Shown in pieces: positions 19,100 through 27,483 of a DNA stretch of 37,329 nt. The stretch's first letter is position 1. Each line of letters opens with the position of its first letter. The stretch is from the NCBI GenBank assembly GCA_003553185.1, contig PUPC01000132.1, positions 1-37,329 of the forward strand, written 5' to 3'. The translations under genes and the position numbers were made by a program. The notes beneath the pieces were generated by a model, which was not told where the DNA came from, ran no database searches, and saw nothing but the letters and a program-made list of their open reading frames with translations. The DNA is from Planctomycetota bacterium. Lineage in GTDB: Bacteria > Planctomycetota > PUPC01.

Positions 19100-19149
19100 G
19101 GCCACCTGACGGCGGATACCGTTGCCCACATTCATTCCAGGAGGCCACA

Positions 19150-19332
19150 ATGCCTTTCTTCGATTATCCGAAATACGCATTCGATCGTATTGTGGACATG
19201 ATATATTTGGTCCGCACGTGCCCTGCTTGTCGCGGTGAAGGTTGCGAGAAATGCAATCAGGACGGGCAGGTGTTGACCGAGCTTGGCGCGAAGATCGACG
19301 CTTTCATCGAGTATCGCAAACGGAATCGATAA
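19150..19332 (+). CDS. Small zinc-binding protein resembling anti-TRAP (RtpA) / DnaJ-type Cys finger (60 aa)
   Basis: Strong RBS AGGAGG 5 nt before ATG; CPACRGEG-CEKCNQDGQVLTELG...AFI. Confidence 0.75.
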   Translation: MPFFDYPKYAFDRIVDMIYLVRTCPACRGEGCEKCNQDGQVLTELGAKIDAFIEYRKRNR

Positions 19333-19377
19333 TATATTCCGACGTGCGAATGCGGGGGCCGGCCGAAATCGTTCCGG

Positions 19378-19884
19378 TCAGGGTTGGACTTCGAGTATTT
19401 CTGCAACGCTGCTCTGGGCGCTGATGAGCGACCACACGGCCGCTCGAAACACATCGAAGTTGAGCCCCTCGCTGAAGATGCGGTGAGTGAGGTAGAGCGT
19501 CTCCTCGTCGGGGACGAAATACAAGCTCACGCCATGTGCTCCGATTGCGTTCATAATCTCGGCGGCGTGGGCGCGGAACTTGAGTTGAATCTCGGGCGAC
19601 CAGTCGCGCAGAAGGCACACGTCTACCCAGGCGTCTTTTACAAAGCACGCGAACCCGTCGAACCGCGGCGATGCCTCGTCCAGAGAAACGGCAAAATGGA
19701 CGGCCAGATCATCATTCTCGAAGGCCCCGGTCTGTTGTATCTCTGTTGTTACCAACAGGTTGAGGTAGCCGAGAACACGTTCCATGTTGCGTTCGGATTC
19801 AAACAGTTCGCCCCCGGCCCCGTCGGAATCGTCGTTGTCCGGGTCGAACGAGCTGTTTCCGAAATCGTCGGGGAGGTCGTCCAA
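19378..19884 (-). CDS. Hypothetical acidic protein, possibly YbjN/CesT-like chaperone fold (168 aa)
   Basis: TTG start with GGAG RBS; acidic N-terminal tail; beta-strand pattern then C-terminal amphipathic helix (fold call is inference). Confidence 0.6.
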   Translation of the reverse strand: MDDLPDDFGNSSFDPDNDDSDGAGGELFESERNMERVLGYLNLLVTTEIQQTGAFENDDLAVHFAVSLDEASPRFDGFACFVKDAWVDVCLLRDWSPEIQLKFRAHAAEIMNAIGAHGVSLYFVPDEETLYLTHRIFSEGLNFDVFRAAVWSLISAQSSVAEILEVQP

Positions 19885-19908
19885 GTTCTTGTACTCCGCC
19901 GGTTGCGG

Positions 19909-20352
19909 TCAATGAAGGAGGAGTTCGGCCATCTCTTCGATTTGCCGACCGCCGACCGTGATGTGATTGATGTTGATCTGCTTCAATATGTCGATCACCT
20001 GTTCAAGATCGAGTCCCCATTCCGACGCCCAGAGTATGACCCCCAAGTTCTCCCAGCCGACGATCAGGCGGTCGGCCACACGGCTGAGCAATACGGGGTT
20101 GTGGCCGTGGTTTTGAAGTTTTGCAAAATTATCCCGACCCATCTCGATCCATATTTTCGTTCCGAGGACATGCTCGACCCATCGGGAGCGGAACCACAAT
20201 CGCCAGAACCGCCTCCGCCAGTGTTCGCTCGATGTCTCCTCGACATCGTAGCTGAGCCGTTCCCAATCCAAGTGTTTTGCGGCGGCATAATCTGCCGCGG
20301 CATGATACATCAAACTATGTTCTACGGCCTCTTCTGTGGAAGTCGAACTCAT
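19909..20352 (-). CDS. Hypothetical Trp-rich protein (147 aa)
   Basis: ATG 20352 lies 20 nt after the mreC stop; R.RWVEH..G.K.WIE...D.F and ENL..I.WA pattern, reminiscent of a conserved planctomycete hypothetical (recollection, unverified). Confidence 0.75.
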   Translation of the reverse strand: MSSTSTEEAVEHSLMYHAAADYAAAKHLDWERLSYDVEETSSEHWRRRFWRLWFRSRWVEHVLGTKIWIEMGRDNFAKLQNHGHNPVLLSRVADRLIVGWENLGVILWASEWGLDLEQVIDILKQININHITVGGRQIEEMAELLLH

Positions 20353-20372
20353 TGTGTGTTTTCCCTGGTCGA

Positions 20373-21233
20373 TTACTCCAGTTCCGGGAACTCTTCGCGC
20401 GTCGTTGTCGGCGTCGCTACGATCACGGTAACGAGCCGGTCGAGGTCTCGCACCGGTGAGACGGTCACGTCGTAAACCAGCTGGCCCGGCTCTCGCCGCA
20501 CCTGCGCGACACGTCCGATGAGCAGGTGTTTCGGGACGGTCCCGTCTCGCCCATCGGTGACGACCTGATCGCCGACCTCCGGCCTTCGCCGGGTGATGTA
20601 CTTCATCTTCATTGTACCATCCCCCTGCCCCACCACAATCCCCGGTTCGGGTTCTGCGTCGGGTGCTCCGGCTGGGATCAGCAGTCCTGCGAACCGCGAG
20701 CCGATGCTGGTGGGCAGCAGGGCGGCACTTACGGTCGGGCCGGTAGCATAGACGGTACCAACGACCGACTGTCCGGCCAGTATGACCATGCGGTCGCGAA
20801 CGCCGTGCCGCCCTCCCCTGTCGATGAAGACCACGTCGCCGTCGGGTCCCGCACCGCGGGCGATGACCTCGGCCTCGGCGACCGGTGCGGGTTGACACGC
20901 ATCCAGGGAATCCCGGTGGCGTACGAAGGCGCCTAGCATCTCGAGCCGGCGCTCGTACTCGTGGCGGTAGGCCCGTTCACGGGCGAGATGTTCGATCAGT
21001 TCGGCGGCCGGGGGCAGGCCGTTCTGTTCTCCGTTGTTCCGCGCCGGCAGAACCCTTCCGAGGCCCGACGCAACAGTCCTGCTCGCCCGGGCGAGGGTCC
21101 GCTGCACAGGGGAAACAGCCGACAGGTATCCCATAGTGGCTGTTGTGCGCCGGCTCGGTGGAAGAAGAAAGCTGCCGATTACGACCGCGGTTCCGAGGAG
21201 ATAGAGTGTGTATCGGCGGGTTCTAGAAGTCAT
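20373..21233 (-). CDS. mreC: Rod shape-determining protein MreC (286 aa)
   Basis: Directly downstream of and overlapping mreB; N-terminal TM, short helical region, A.VIAR, IDRG..HGV...M, VVG.V, VGD.VVT.G.DG..P..L.IG.V. Confidence 0.88.
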   Translation of the reverse strand: MTSRTRRYTLYLLGTAVVIGSFLLPPSRRTTATMGYLSAVSPVQRTLARASRTVASGLGRVLPARNNGEQNGLPPAAELIEHLARERAYRHEYERRLEMLGAFVRHRDSLDACQPAPVAEAEVIARGAGPDGDVVFIDRGGRHGVRDRMVILAGQSVVGTVYATGPTVSAALLPTSIGSRFAGLLIPAGAPDAEPEPGIVVGQGDGTMKMKYITRRRPEVGDQVVTDGRDGTVPKHLLIGRVAQVRREPGQLVYDVTVSPVRDLDRLVTVIVATPTTTREEFPELE

Positions 21234-22275
21234 CGTCGCCGCCCTCGAGCACAGAGGCCATCTTGTCGAGATGGAGCAGGACCTCGCGTGTGCCGCGGGC
21301 AACGGAGCCGAGCGGGTCATCGGCGACGGTAACCGACAGGTTGGTGCGTTCCTCGATGACCTTGTCGAGCGAGCGCAGCAGCGACCCGCCGCCGGTCAAG
21401 GTGATTCCCAGGTCGACCAAGTCGGCGGCCAGTTCGGGCGGCGTCTTGTCCAGCGTCTGGAGGATGGCCTCGCACATCACTTCGATTGGTTCTTCGAGCG
21501 CTTCCCGAATGTCCTCCGATCCCAGTTCCTGTGCACGTGGCAGGCCCGTCCCCAGGTCCCTTCCCTTGACGATTGTTCGGAGTTCGGATTCGAGGGGATA
21601 TGCGGACCCGACTTCGATTTTGACACGTTCGGCGCTTCGGAATCCGATGTCGAGGTTGAATCGTCGTTTGCAATACTCGATGATGCCGAGGTCCATTTCA
21701 TCCCCAGCCACACGGATGCTGCTGGAGTTGACAATGCCGCCGAGGGACATGACGGCGACCTCTGTGGTCCCGCCGCCGACATCGACAATCATACTGCCCA
21801 TCGGTTCGGTGATGGGCAGGCCGGCTCCGATCCCGGCCGCCTTGGGTTCTTCGATCAGATAGACTTTGCGGGCGCCCGCCCTTTGGGCGGAGTTGAACAC
21901 CGCCCGCTTTTCGACTGGCGTGATTCCGGATGGGATGGCGATGACCACACGGGGCTGGAACAGCCGGTGTCGGTTGTGGACCTTGCGAATGAAATAGCGG
22001 AGCATCGCCTCGGTGATGTCGAAGTCTGCGATAACTCCGTCTCTGAGCGGTCGGATGACCTGAATAGACGGTGGGGCTTTATCGGCCATCTCCTTGGCCC
22101 GATTTCCCACCGCTTCCCCGTTCATCAGGACGCGATTTGTTCCGCGCGTGACGGCAACCACCGAGGGTTCGGCGAGGATCTCATCTCGACCGGTCACACA
22201 CACCAACGTGTTGGCGGTGCCGAGGTCTATCCCCATGTCTTTGGAAAACAGCCCGACTATCCAGTCGAGAACCAC
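21223..22275 (-). CDS. mreB: Rod shape-determining protein MreB (350 aa)
   Basis: GIDLGTANT, EPSVVA, RPLRDGVIADF, IEEP.AA.IGAG, VDVGGGTTEVA, LTGGGSLL; GTG start with AGGAG. Confidence 0.97.
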   Translation of the reverse strand: MVLDWIVGLFSKDMGIDLGTANTLVCVTGRDEILAEPSVVAVTRGTNRVLMNGEAVGNRAKEMADKAPPSIQVIRPLRDGVIADFDITEAMLRYFIRKVHNRHRLFQPRVVIAIPSGITPVEKRAVFNSAQRAGARKVYLIEEPKAAGIGAGLPITEPMGSMIVDVGGGTTEVAVMSLGGIVNSSSIRVAGDEMDLGIIEYCKRRFNLDIGFRSAERVKIEVGSAYPLESELRTIVKGRDLGTGLPRAQELGSEDIREALEEPIEVMCEAILQTLDKTPPELAADLVDLGITLTGGGSLLRSLDKVIEERTNLSVTVADDPLGSVARGTREVLLHLDKMASVLEGGDDDF

Positions 22276-22340
22276 AGCAGCTCCTGGGATGTATGCGGTT
22301 CTGTTTGCCCGGGCCGGATCGGAATCCGGCGCGTCTTCAT

Positions 22341-22565
22341 TCAGTCCCGACCTTCAACAGGCCCTTCATTTTCGTCGATCACCCCCAAGTCGCCCTCGAT
22401 GAGCGTCGGCTCTTCGGCTCGCACCCGGCGGATTGCGGTCGGGGGTTGAGCTTCGGAGTACGCGTGCCATTGATAGGCGCCGAGGGCGATGCCGGCGATG
22501 ATGAAACAGAAGGTAGCTATGCTGAGAAGTGAGAAGCCGTTGCCCGTCGTTTGCTGGTCTGCCAC
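22341..22565 (-). CDS. Small single-pass membrane protein (74 aa)
   Basis: One hydrophobic helix LLSIATFCFIIAGIALGAY, then an acidic tail; fills the gap in a co-oriented cluster. Confidence 0.6.
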   Translation of the reverse strand: MADQQTTGNGFSLLSIATFCFIIAGIALGAYQWHAYSEAQPPTAIRRVRAEEPTLIEGDLGVIDENEGPVEGRD

Positions 22566-22643
22566 CTTGTGTGCCCCTGATTAAAGAACTGGGATGTCCC
22601 TTGCCCCGATACCGATAAAATCTTGTCGCCGTTCATCTGCCGT

Positions 22644-23522
22644 TCAGAACGTGAAGATGGCAGAGTCGCCGATCTCGATGGGCTCCTCTGTGGTCGGTTC
22701 CATTATTTCGGCGGCCGACATCCGGTCGTATACTGCCGTCACTTTCACCTTGGCGAGAAATGCGCCGTCCCGATGCACGAGGAACGTATATCCTTCTCGA
22801 ACCGCCGGATCGCTTTCCGAGCCGACGGTGAGGACGACAAGGCGATTCTCCATGTCGACGTCGCCGACGGTGGCCCGGATTCTGGCAGGCACTTCAACAT
22901 CTGCGACTGTGCCCAGTGCGGCCCGATGGGCCTCCGGGAAATGCATCCCGACGAACTCACGGTAGCGTTCAAAGTGCCTGGCATCCTCGGTGAGGTTGGC
23001 GATCTGGTTCTGGAGGTCGCGCTGGGTCAATTGCAGTTGTCCAATACGCACCTCGAGTCGGAGTTTTGCCCTGTCCCGTTCGCGTACCTTTTGCTCCTGT
23101 TCGGCGATGTTTCGCTCACGCTGGGCAATCTGCTCCCGGACGTTCTCTAACTGTTCTCGGACGCTCGCCAGGTCCCGTCTCGACTCGGCGATCTGTTCGT
23201 TGGCGCGCTCTTTATCGATCTGGAGCTGCTGCTTGTCGCTTCTCAGTTCCTCGATCATCGCTTGCGCCTGGTCCCGCTCGACCTCGAGTGTGTCCGAGCG
23301 ACCCTTTGCCTCCGCCAACGAGGTTTGCACCGACTGGAGTTGGTTGTCAAGGAGCTCCCGCTCCGACTGCAGATCGCTGATGTTGCCTTCCAGCTCTGCC
23401 CTCGTGTCGACATAACGCTGTCGCCAATGAGTTCGCTGCGCCAACACGGTTCCCGCCACCGCAACAAAAGCCACACTCAAAATAAGATTGACGACAACAA
23501 ATGCTTTGGTCAGCGTGTTCAT
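22644..23522 (-). CDS. Membrane-anchored coiled-coil protein with C-terminal beta-rich domain (292 aa)
   Basis: RBS AGGAGG; N-terminal TM (AFVVVNLILSVAFVAVAG); long Q/E/R/L heptad region; C-terminal LVVLTVGS...EG.TF.V.R...LA.V.V..V....SAAEI. Confidence 0.85.
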   Translation of the reverse strand: MNTLTKAFVVVNLILSVAFVAVAGTVLAQRTHWRQRYVDTRAELEGNISDLQSERELLDNQLQSVQTSLAEAKGRSDTLEVERDQAQAMIEELRSDKQQLQIDKERANEQIAESRRDLASVREQLENVREQIAQRERNIAEQEQKVRERDRAKLRLEVRIGQLQLTQRDLQNQIANLTEDARHFERYREFVGMHFPEAHRAALGTVADVEVPARIRATVGDVDMENRLVVLTVGSESDPAVREGYTFLVHRDGAFLAKVKVTAVYDRMSAAEIMEPTTEEPIEIGDSAIFTF

Positions 23523-23592
23523 CATTTCCTCCTGCCGGCAATTACCAAGTTCTTTGTCCCGGACAAGTACGACCATTATAGACGATGCAGCA

Positions 23593-23621
23593 ATAATATG
23601 CTTGCGCGTTCCCGTTGTCAA
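23593..23621 (-). promoter_or_regulatory. sigma70-type promoter upstream of the coiled-coil gene / mreBC cluster
   Basis: TTGACA (23621-23616), N17, TATTAT (23598-23593); a second candidate TTGTGG-N17-TATAAT lies at 23705-23677. Confidence 0.65.
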
Positions 23622-23711
23622 GCATAAAAACTGACCGACAGCACCCGGCCGTTACCCAGTAGAGTTCTAACATCATATTATAGACGACCGTATCCTGCTC
23701 CACAAGCGCAA

Positions 23712-25418
23712 TCACGAGGCATTCATAGCGGGGTTCTTTGCCGTTCGCCGGGCGCCTTTTGCTATGGAAGAATAGAATACGCCGATCAGACACAGGAACC
23801 ACGCTGCGGTACAGATCGCCCCGAACCATTCTCCCACGGTCAGGTAAGGTGATACTTGCTCGGTTTTTGTGGCCACGCCGTGCAGCACACCGGCCACTTC
23901 TCTGTCCCGCCCATCGACAACCAGCCGCTTACGAATACGTCCGGTCGGATCGATGAAGGCCGAGATGCCGGTGTTAGCCGCGCGGATCAGGCCCGCCCGG
24001 CACTCGATGGCCCGGAAGACGGCGATGGCCAGATGCTGGTCCATCTCGGTGCTATCCTTGAACCATGCCTCGTTGGTCAGGTTGGCGATGAAATCCATCT
24101 CCCCGTGTTCGCGTGCAAAATTGGCGACGACCCGGGGGAACGCATCTTCGTAGCAGATCGTCGGGGCGAATGTCCAGCCGTCGATCTCGAAAAGCTTGGG
24201 CGAATCCCCCGGCGTCATATCGTAATGATAGGGGACGATGAAATCGACCGCCCAACCGAACAGCCAGCGCAGTGGCACATACTCGCCGAACGGGACCAGG
24301 TGCAGCTTGTCGTAGCGGACTGCGTCCTCGACATCATGGTTCTGCGGAAGCAGGAAGGCGCTGTTGTAGGTAATTGTGGGGTCCTCGGGATACGGGTGAC
24401 TGTTTGCGCTGATAACCAGCGTGGCCTTGCTCGTCAGGGGGCGGACCCTCTCGATCTGGCGGGCGTATCTTCTGACACGACCGCGAATTCTCAGCCATTG
24501 CTCTGTGTGTCGCAGCTCGGGGTTGTCATTGAGCCACTGCCTCAGAAATTCCTGGCGTCGGAAGTCGAAAAAGCCCGGCGGGGCCATGGTCTCTGGCCAG
24601 AGGATGAGGTCGGGCGGCGGATCGTGGGCCAAGGCCTCGTCTGTCAGTTCCAGGTAGGTCTCGAACATCTTCTCGACGCTTTCGGTGGTCCATTGTTCCT
24701 TCAAACTCTGTGGGATGTTCCCCTGAATCACCGCGACGCGCGGCCCCTCGATTACCTCGACAGTGGCAAGCCGAAAGAAACCGTAAGAGACGGAGCCGGC
24801 GAATACCAAGACCACCGCAATCCCGGTCGCCAATGCAGGCCGCCGACGGCTGGGCGCCCTGCCCTTGCCGAAATGAAGGATGGCGTCGGCAACAAGCCCG
24901 TTCACCGCTACCAGCAGGAAAGTCACGCCCGGTGCTCCGAAGAAGTCGGCGATCTGTATCACCGGCAACACCCGGTACTGGGTGTGGGCGAACAGCAGCC
25001 AGGGAAGCCCGGTGAAAAGAACGCTCCGGAGCCCCTCGAGCCCAGTCCACGTGAGAGGAGCCGAAAGAGCAAATGGGATGCCTCCGCCGTATCCGAGCCG
25101 GCGGACCGCCGCGCAAAAGAGGATGAAATAGAGCGAGAGATATATCCCGAGAAGCGCCGGCAAGAACCACATGACATGCCGCAACCAGATGAAGCCGACC
25201 GTGCCGTGCACGAATCCGGCGAACCACAGGATGAGCCAGCCCAGCTTTCCGGGCTTTAAGCGGAGCGCGACCAGCAGGGGCACAAGGGCTACCCAGGCAA
25301 ACACGCTGGCTTCTGTGGGAGGCAGCGCCAGGAGAAGCAGACCGACGGTGGCGGCGGAGGCGATGGCAAGAAAAAGAATATTGCGATTCGACTTATTCGT
25401 TTTGTTCTCGGACAACAT
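23712..25418 (-). CDS. lnt: Apolipoprotein N-acyltransferase
   Basis: Multiple TMs, TGLPW, QGNI, nitrilase-type triad WPE / YDKLHLVPFGEY / ICYED, RAANTGIS. Confidence 0.95.
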   Translation of the reverse strand: MLSENKTNKSNRNILFLAIASAATVGLLLLALPPTEASVFAWVALVPLLVALRLKPGKLGWLILWFAGFVHGTVGFIWLRHVMWFLPALLGIYLSLYFILFCAAVRRLGYGGGIPFALSAPLTWTGLEGLRSVLFTGLPWLLFAHTQYRVLPVIQIADFFGAPGVTFLLVAVNGLVADAILHFGKGRAPSRRRPALATGIAVVLVFAGSVSYGFFRLATVEVIEGPRVAVIQGNIPQSLKEQWTTESVEKMFETYLELTDEALAHDPPPDLILWPETMAPPGFFDFRRQEFLRQWLNDNPELRHTEQWLRIRGRVRRYARQIERVRPLTSKATLVISANSHPYPEDPTITYNSAFLLPQNHDVEDAVRYDKLHLVPFGEYVPLRWLFGWAVDFIVPYHYDMTPGDSPKLFEIDGWTFAPTICYEDAFPRVVANFAREHGEMDFIANLTNEAWFKDSTEMDQHLAIAVFRAIECRAGLIRAANTGISAFIDPTGRIRKRLVVDGRDREVAGVLHGVATKTEQVSPYLTVGEWFGAICTAAWFLCLIGVFYSSIAKGARRTAKNPAMNAS

Positions 25419-26922
25419 ACGTTCCTGCTAAAACATCTCCTAGTCGTTGGGAACCACGCGTATTCAACAGCACAAACGAACCGCCAAGCCAGCTCAGCGG
25501 GATGGCCAGTGTGTCCGCAGCGGCACGGATCGCGTTGCGTAGCAGGGCTTCCGAGGCGCTGGGGTAACCGCCGTTGCGACTGACGACAATTATGCCCATC
25601 GCCTGCTTGCCGAAGGTATGCCCGGTCCGCGCCTCGAATATGGAAAAATACAAAAGCTCAAGGGCCGAGAAGCCGATGAGCAGTTCGACCCAGCTCGAAA
25701 TCCCCGCAAAATTACTCAGCACCGCCAGCACCAAAACGATCAGAATCAGGTCGATCAGGTACGCAGCCACTCGCCGGGGCCACGAGGCGAGGGTGTACTC
25801 CAGCCCAGCGATCTCAACCCGCCGGGGCAATGAACGATTCCGAACCAGCGACACAATCAGAACGATCACGCTGATGACCGCAATCGCGACCAGCCACACC
25901 AGGTGGTCGACCATCCCCTGCCAGACCGGGTCCGCCATAATGGGCCTTGGTACCGACCAGTCCGCGCCGTCGAACTGTGAGACGAGAATCCTGTGCTCCG
26001 TACTTAGAAACAGGTGGGCGGAATCCTCCCACGTGACGGCGACCATCTCAACCGTCTGCTCCACCGGCTCGTTGGTGATCGACTCGATGGTGTGAAAAGG
26101 CGGCCATTTCTCGTCTTTTCGGACACGGTAGGCAAGGAGTCTTTTCTCGCGCAGCCGGGCAGGAAGCGAGGTAAAAACGACCATCGGCCGGCCATCGTGT
26201 TCGGCGACGGCGAAGCCCAGGGCGTCCCTGGCGGTCGCAATGGTGTCCGGCTCACCAAGGCCGTCCGCTGTTAGTTCGGCGACGTTTAACGCTTTGCTTT
26301 CCTGATGGCGGTCGAGAACCCAGAATACCCAGCGAGATTCTGCGGTGAGCAGCGTCCGAACGTCGATGCAGCGGGGCGCGCCCGGGCCGGGCTGATAGAG
26401 AGGCCGGCGCTGCCAGTCCGCCCTCAGGAACCTGCTTGAACGAGATGCCGCCCCCTCATCGGCGACCGCGAGCGGAGCAGACGCAAGATGAAGTCCACCG
26501 TCTGGACCGGCCCCGAACGCCATGAGCGTCCCGTCTATTACCATTGCCGCCTGCGGCCGCCAGTTGAACCACCAGTCGGCGTGGCCCACGTTCCGAAACG
26601 ACTGGTCATCCAGCCGCACCACCGACGTTTTGAGAAACATATAAAAATGGCCGTCGTGCCAGATGATCGTACTGTAATCGCCGCGGAGTTCTGCAACACG
26701 GCTCCAGGAGCCGTGCTCGTCGCGGCGCCAGGCAGCGACCGTCTGCTCCTCCCCTTTCAACCTCTGGACAAAAAGGTGAAGTGCCTCGTCTGTGGTCACG
26801 GCGACCGGCCGGCGGAACCGCTCGAACGGTCCCTGTGCCAGACCGGGCGTGCCGATTGCGAGGAACACAACCGCCGCCAGCACCAAGCGGGAGGTGCGAT
26901 TTGTGCTGTGATGCTTCAACAT
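25393..26922 (-). CDS. RDD-family membrane protein with a large N-terminal extracytoplasmic (likely beta-propeller) domain (509 aa)
   Basis: Signal-like N-terminus; C-terminal R..AYLID, G.T.GK..MGI.V, LLRN..R..D, QRLGD.LAGT.VV. Confidence 0.85.
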   Translation of the reverse strand: MLKHHSTNRTSRLVLAAVVFLAIGTPGLAQGPFERFRRPVAVTTDEALHLFVQRLKGEEQTVAAWRRDEHGSWSRVAELRGDYSTIIWHDGHFYMFLKTSVVRLDDQSFRNVGHADWWFNWRPQAAMVIDGTLMAFGAGPDGGLHLASAPLAVADEGAASRSSRFLRADWQRRPLYQPGPGAPRCIDVRTLLTAESRWVFWVLDRHQESKALNVAELTADGLGEPDTIATARDALGFAVAEHDGRPMVVFTSLPARLREKRLLAYRVRKDEKWPPFHTIESITNEPVEQTVEMVAVTWEDSAHLFLSTEHRILVSQFDGADWSVPRPIMADPVWQGMVDHLVWLVAIAVISVIVLIVSLVRNRSLPRRVEIAGLEYTLASWPRRVAAYLIDLILIVLVLAVLSNFAGISSWVELLIGFSALELLYFSIFEARTGHTFGKQAMGIIVVSRNGGYPSASEALLRNAIRAAADTLAIPLSWLGGSFVLLNTRGSQRLGDVLAGTYVVREQNE

Positions 26923-27302
26923 TTGCCCTCTGCGATCGCGTGTGCGGCCGCGTAGTTTCCTGTGTGCGAAATCGATATGTGCATACGGCCGATGCCGCGT
27001 TCTTCTGCACGCTGCCGGGCACCGCCCGAGAGCCGGACCACCGGTTCGCCCGTGGGACGGAGCTGAACTTCTACATCTCGCCAGCGGACCTGTCCGGTCC
27101 AGCCGGTCCCCAGCGCCTTGAACACCGCTTCTTTGACAGCAAACCGGCCGGCTAGATGCTCGATCATCGACTCGGTCGATTCGGCATATTCGATCTCGCC
27201 CTCCGTGAACACTCGGCGGAGGAACCGGTCTCCGTGCCGATCGAGCACCTCCTCGATCCGCCTCATCTCAACTATATCGATGCCCGTTCCCACGATTCCC
27301 AA
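26916..27302 (-). CDS. acpS: Holo-ACP synthase (128 aa)
   Basis: GIDIVE..RI, RVFT..E, LAGRFA.KEA.FKALGTG, SISHT; TTG start after AGGA. Confidence 0.94.
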   Translation of the reverse strand: MGIVGTGIDIVEMRRIEEVLDRHGDRFLRRVFTEGEIEYAESTESMIEHLAGRFAVKEAVFKALGTGWTGQVRWRDVEVQLRPTGEPVVRLSGGARQRAEERGIGRMHISISHTGNYAAAHAIAEGKC

Positions 27303-27403
27303 GGTATCATTCCTGCCCGGTCCGACTATTATAGATTGTCCCCCAATCGATTTCCAGCACAGGGCCGGCCTATGAAGCCCGGGCAAAGTGCGGGGAGAGG
27401 GAG

Positions 27404-27439
27404 TTGACGTGGCTCATGGCCGTTGCTATCGTCTATACT
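27404..27439 (+). promoter_or_regulatory. sigma70-type promoter for the plus-strand envelope cluster
   Basis: TTGACG (27404-27409), N17, TATCGT; TATACT at 27434-27439. Confidence 0.45.
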
Positions 27440-27483
27440 GCTTGATCCTGGACCCAGTTGCCAAAAGTCTTCGGAGTTCGAGT

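Noticed and set aside
19045-20352. Element integrated at the dif-like site
   Set aside because: No second dif copy, integrase, Rep or phage gene was seen nearby.
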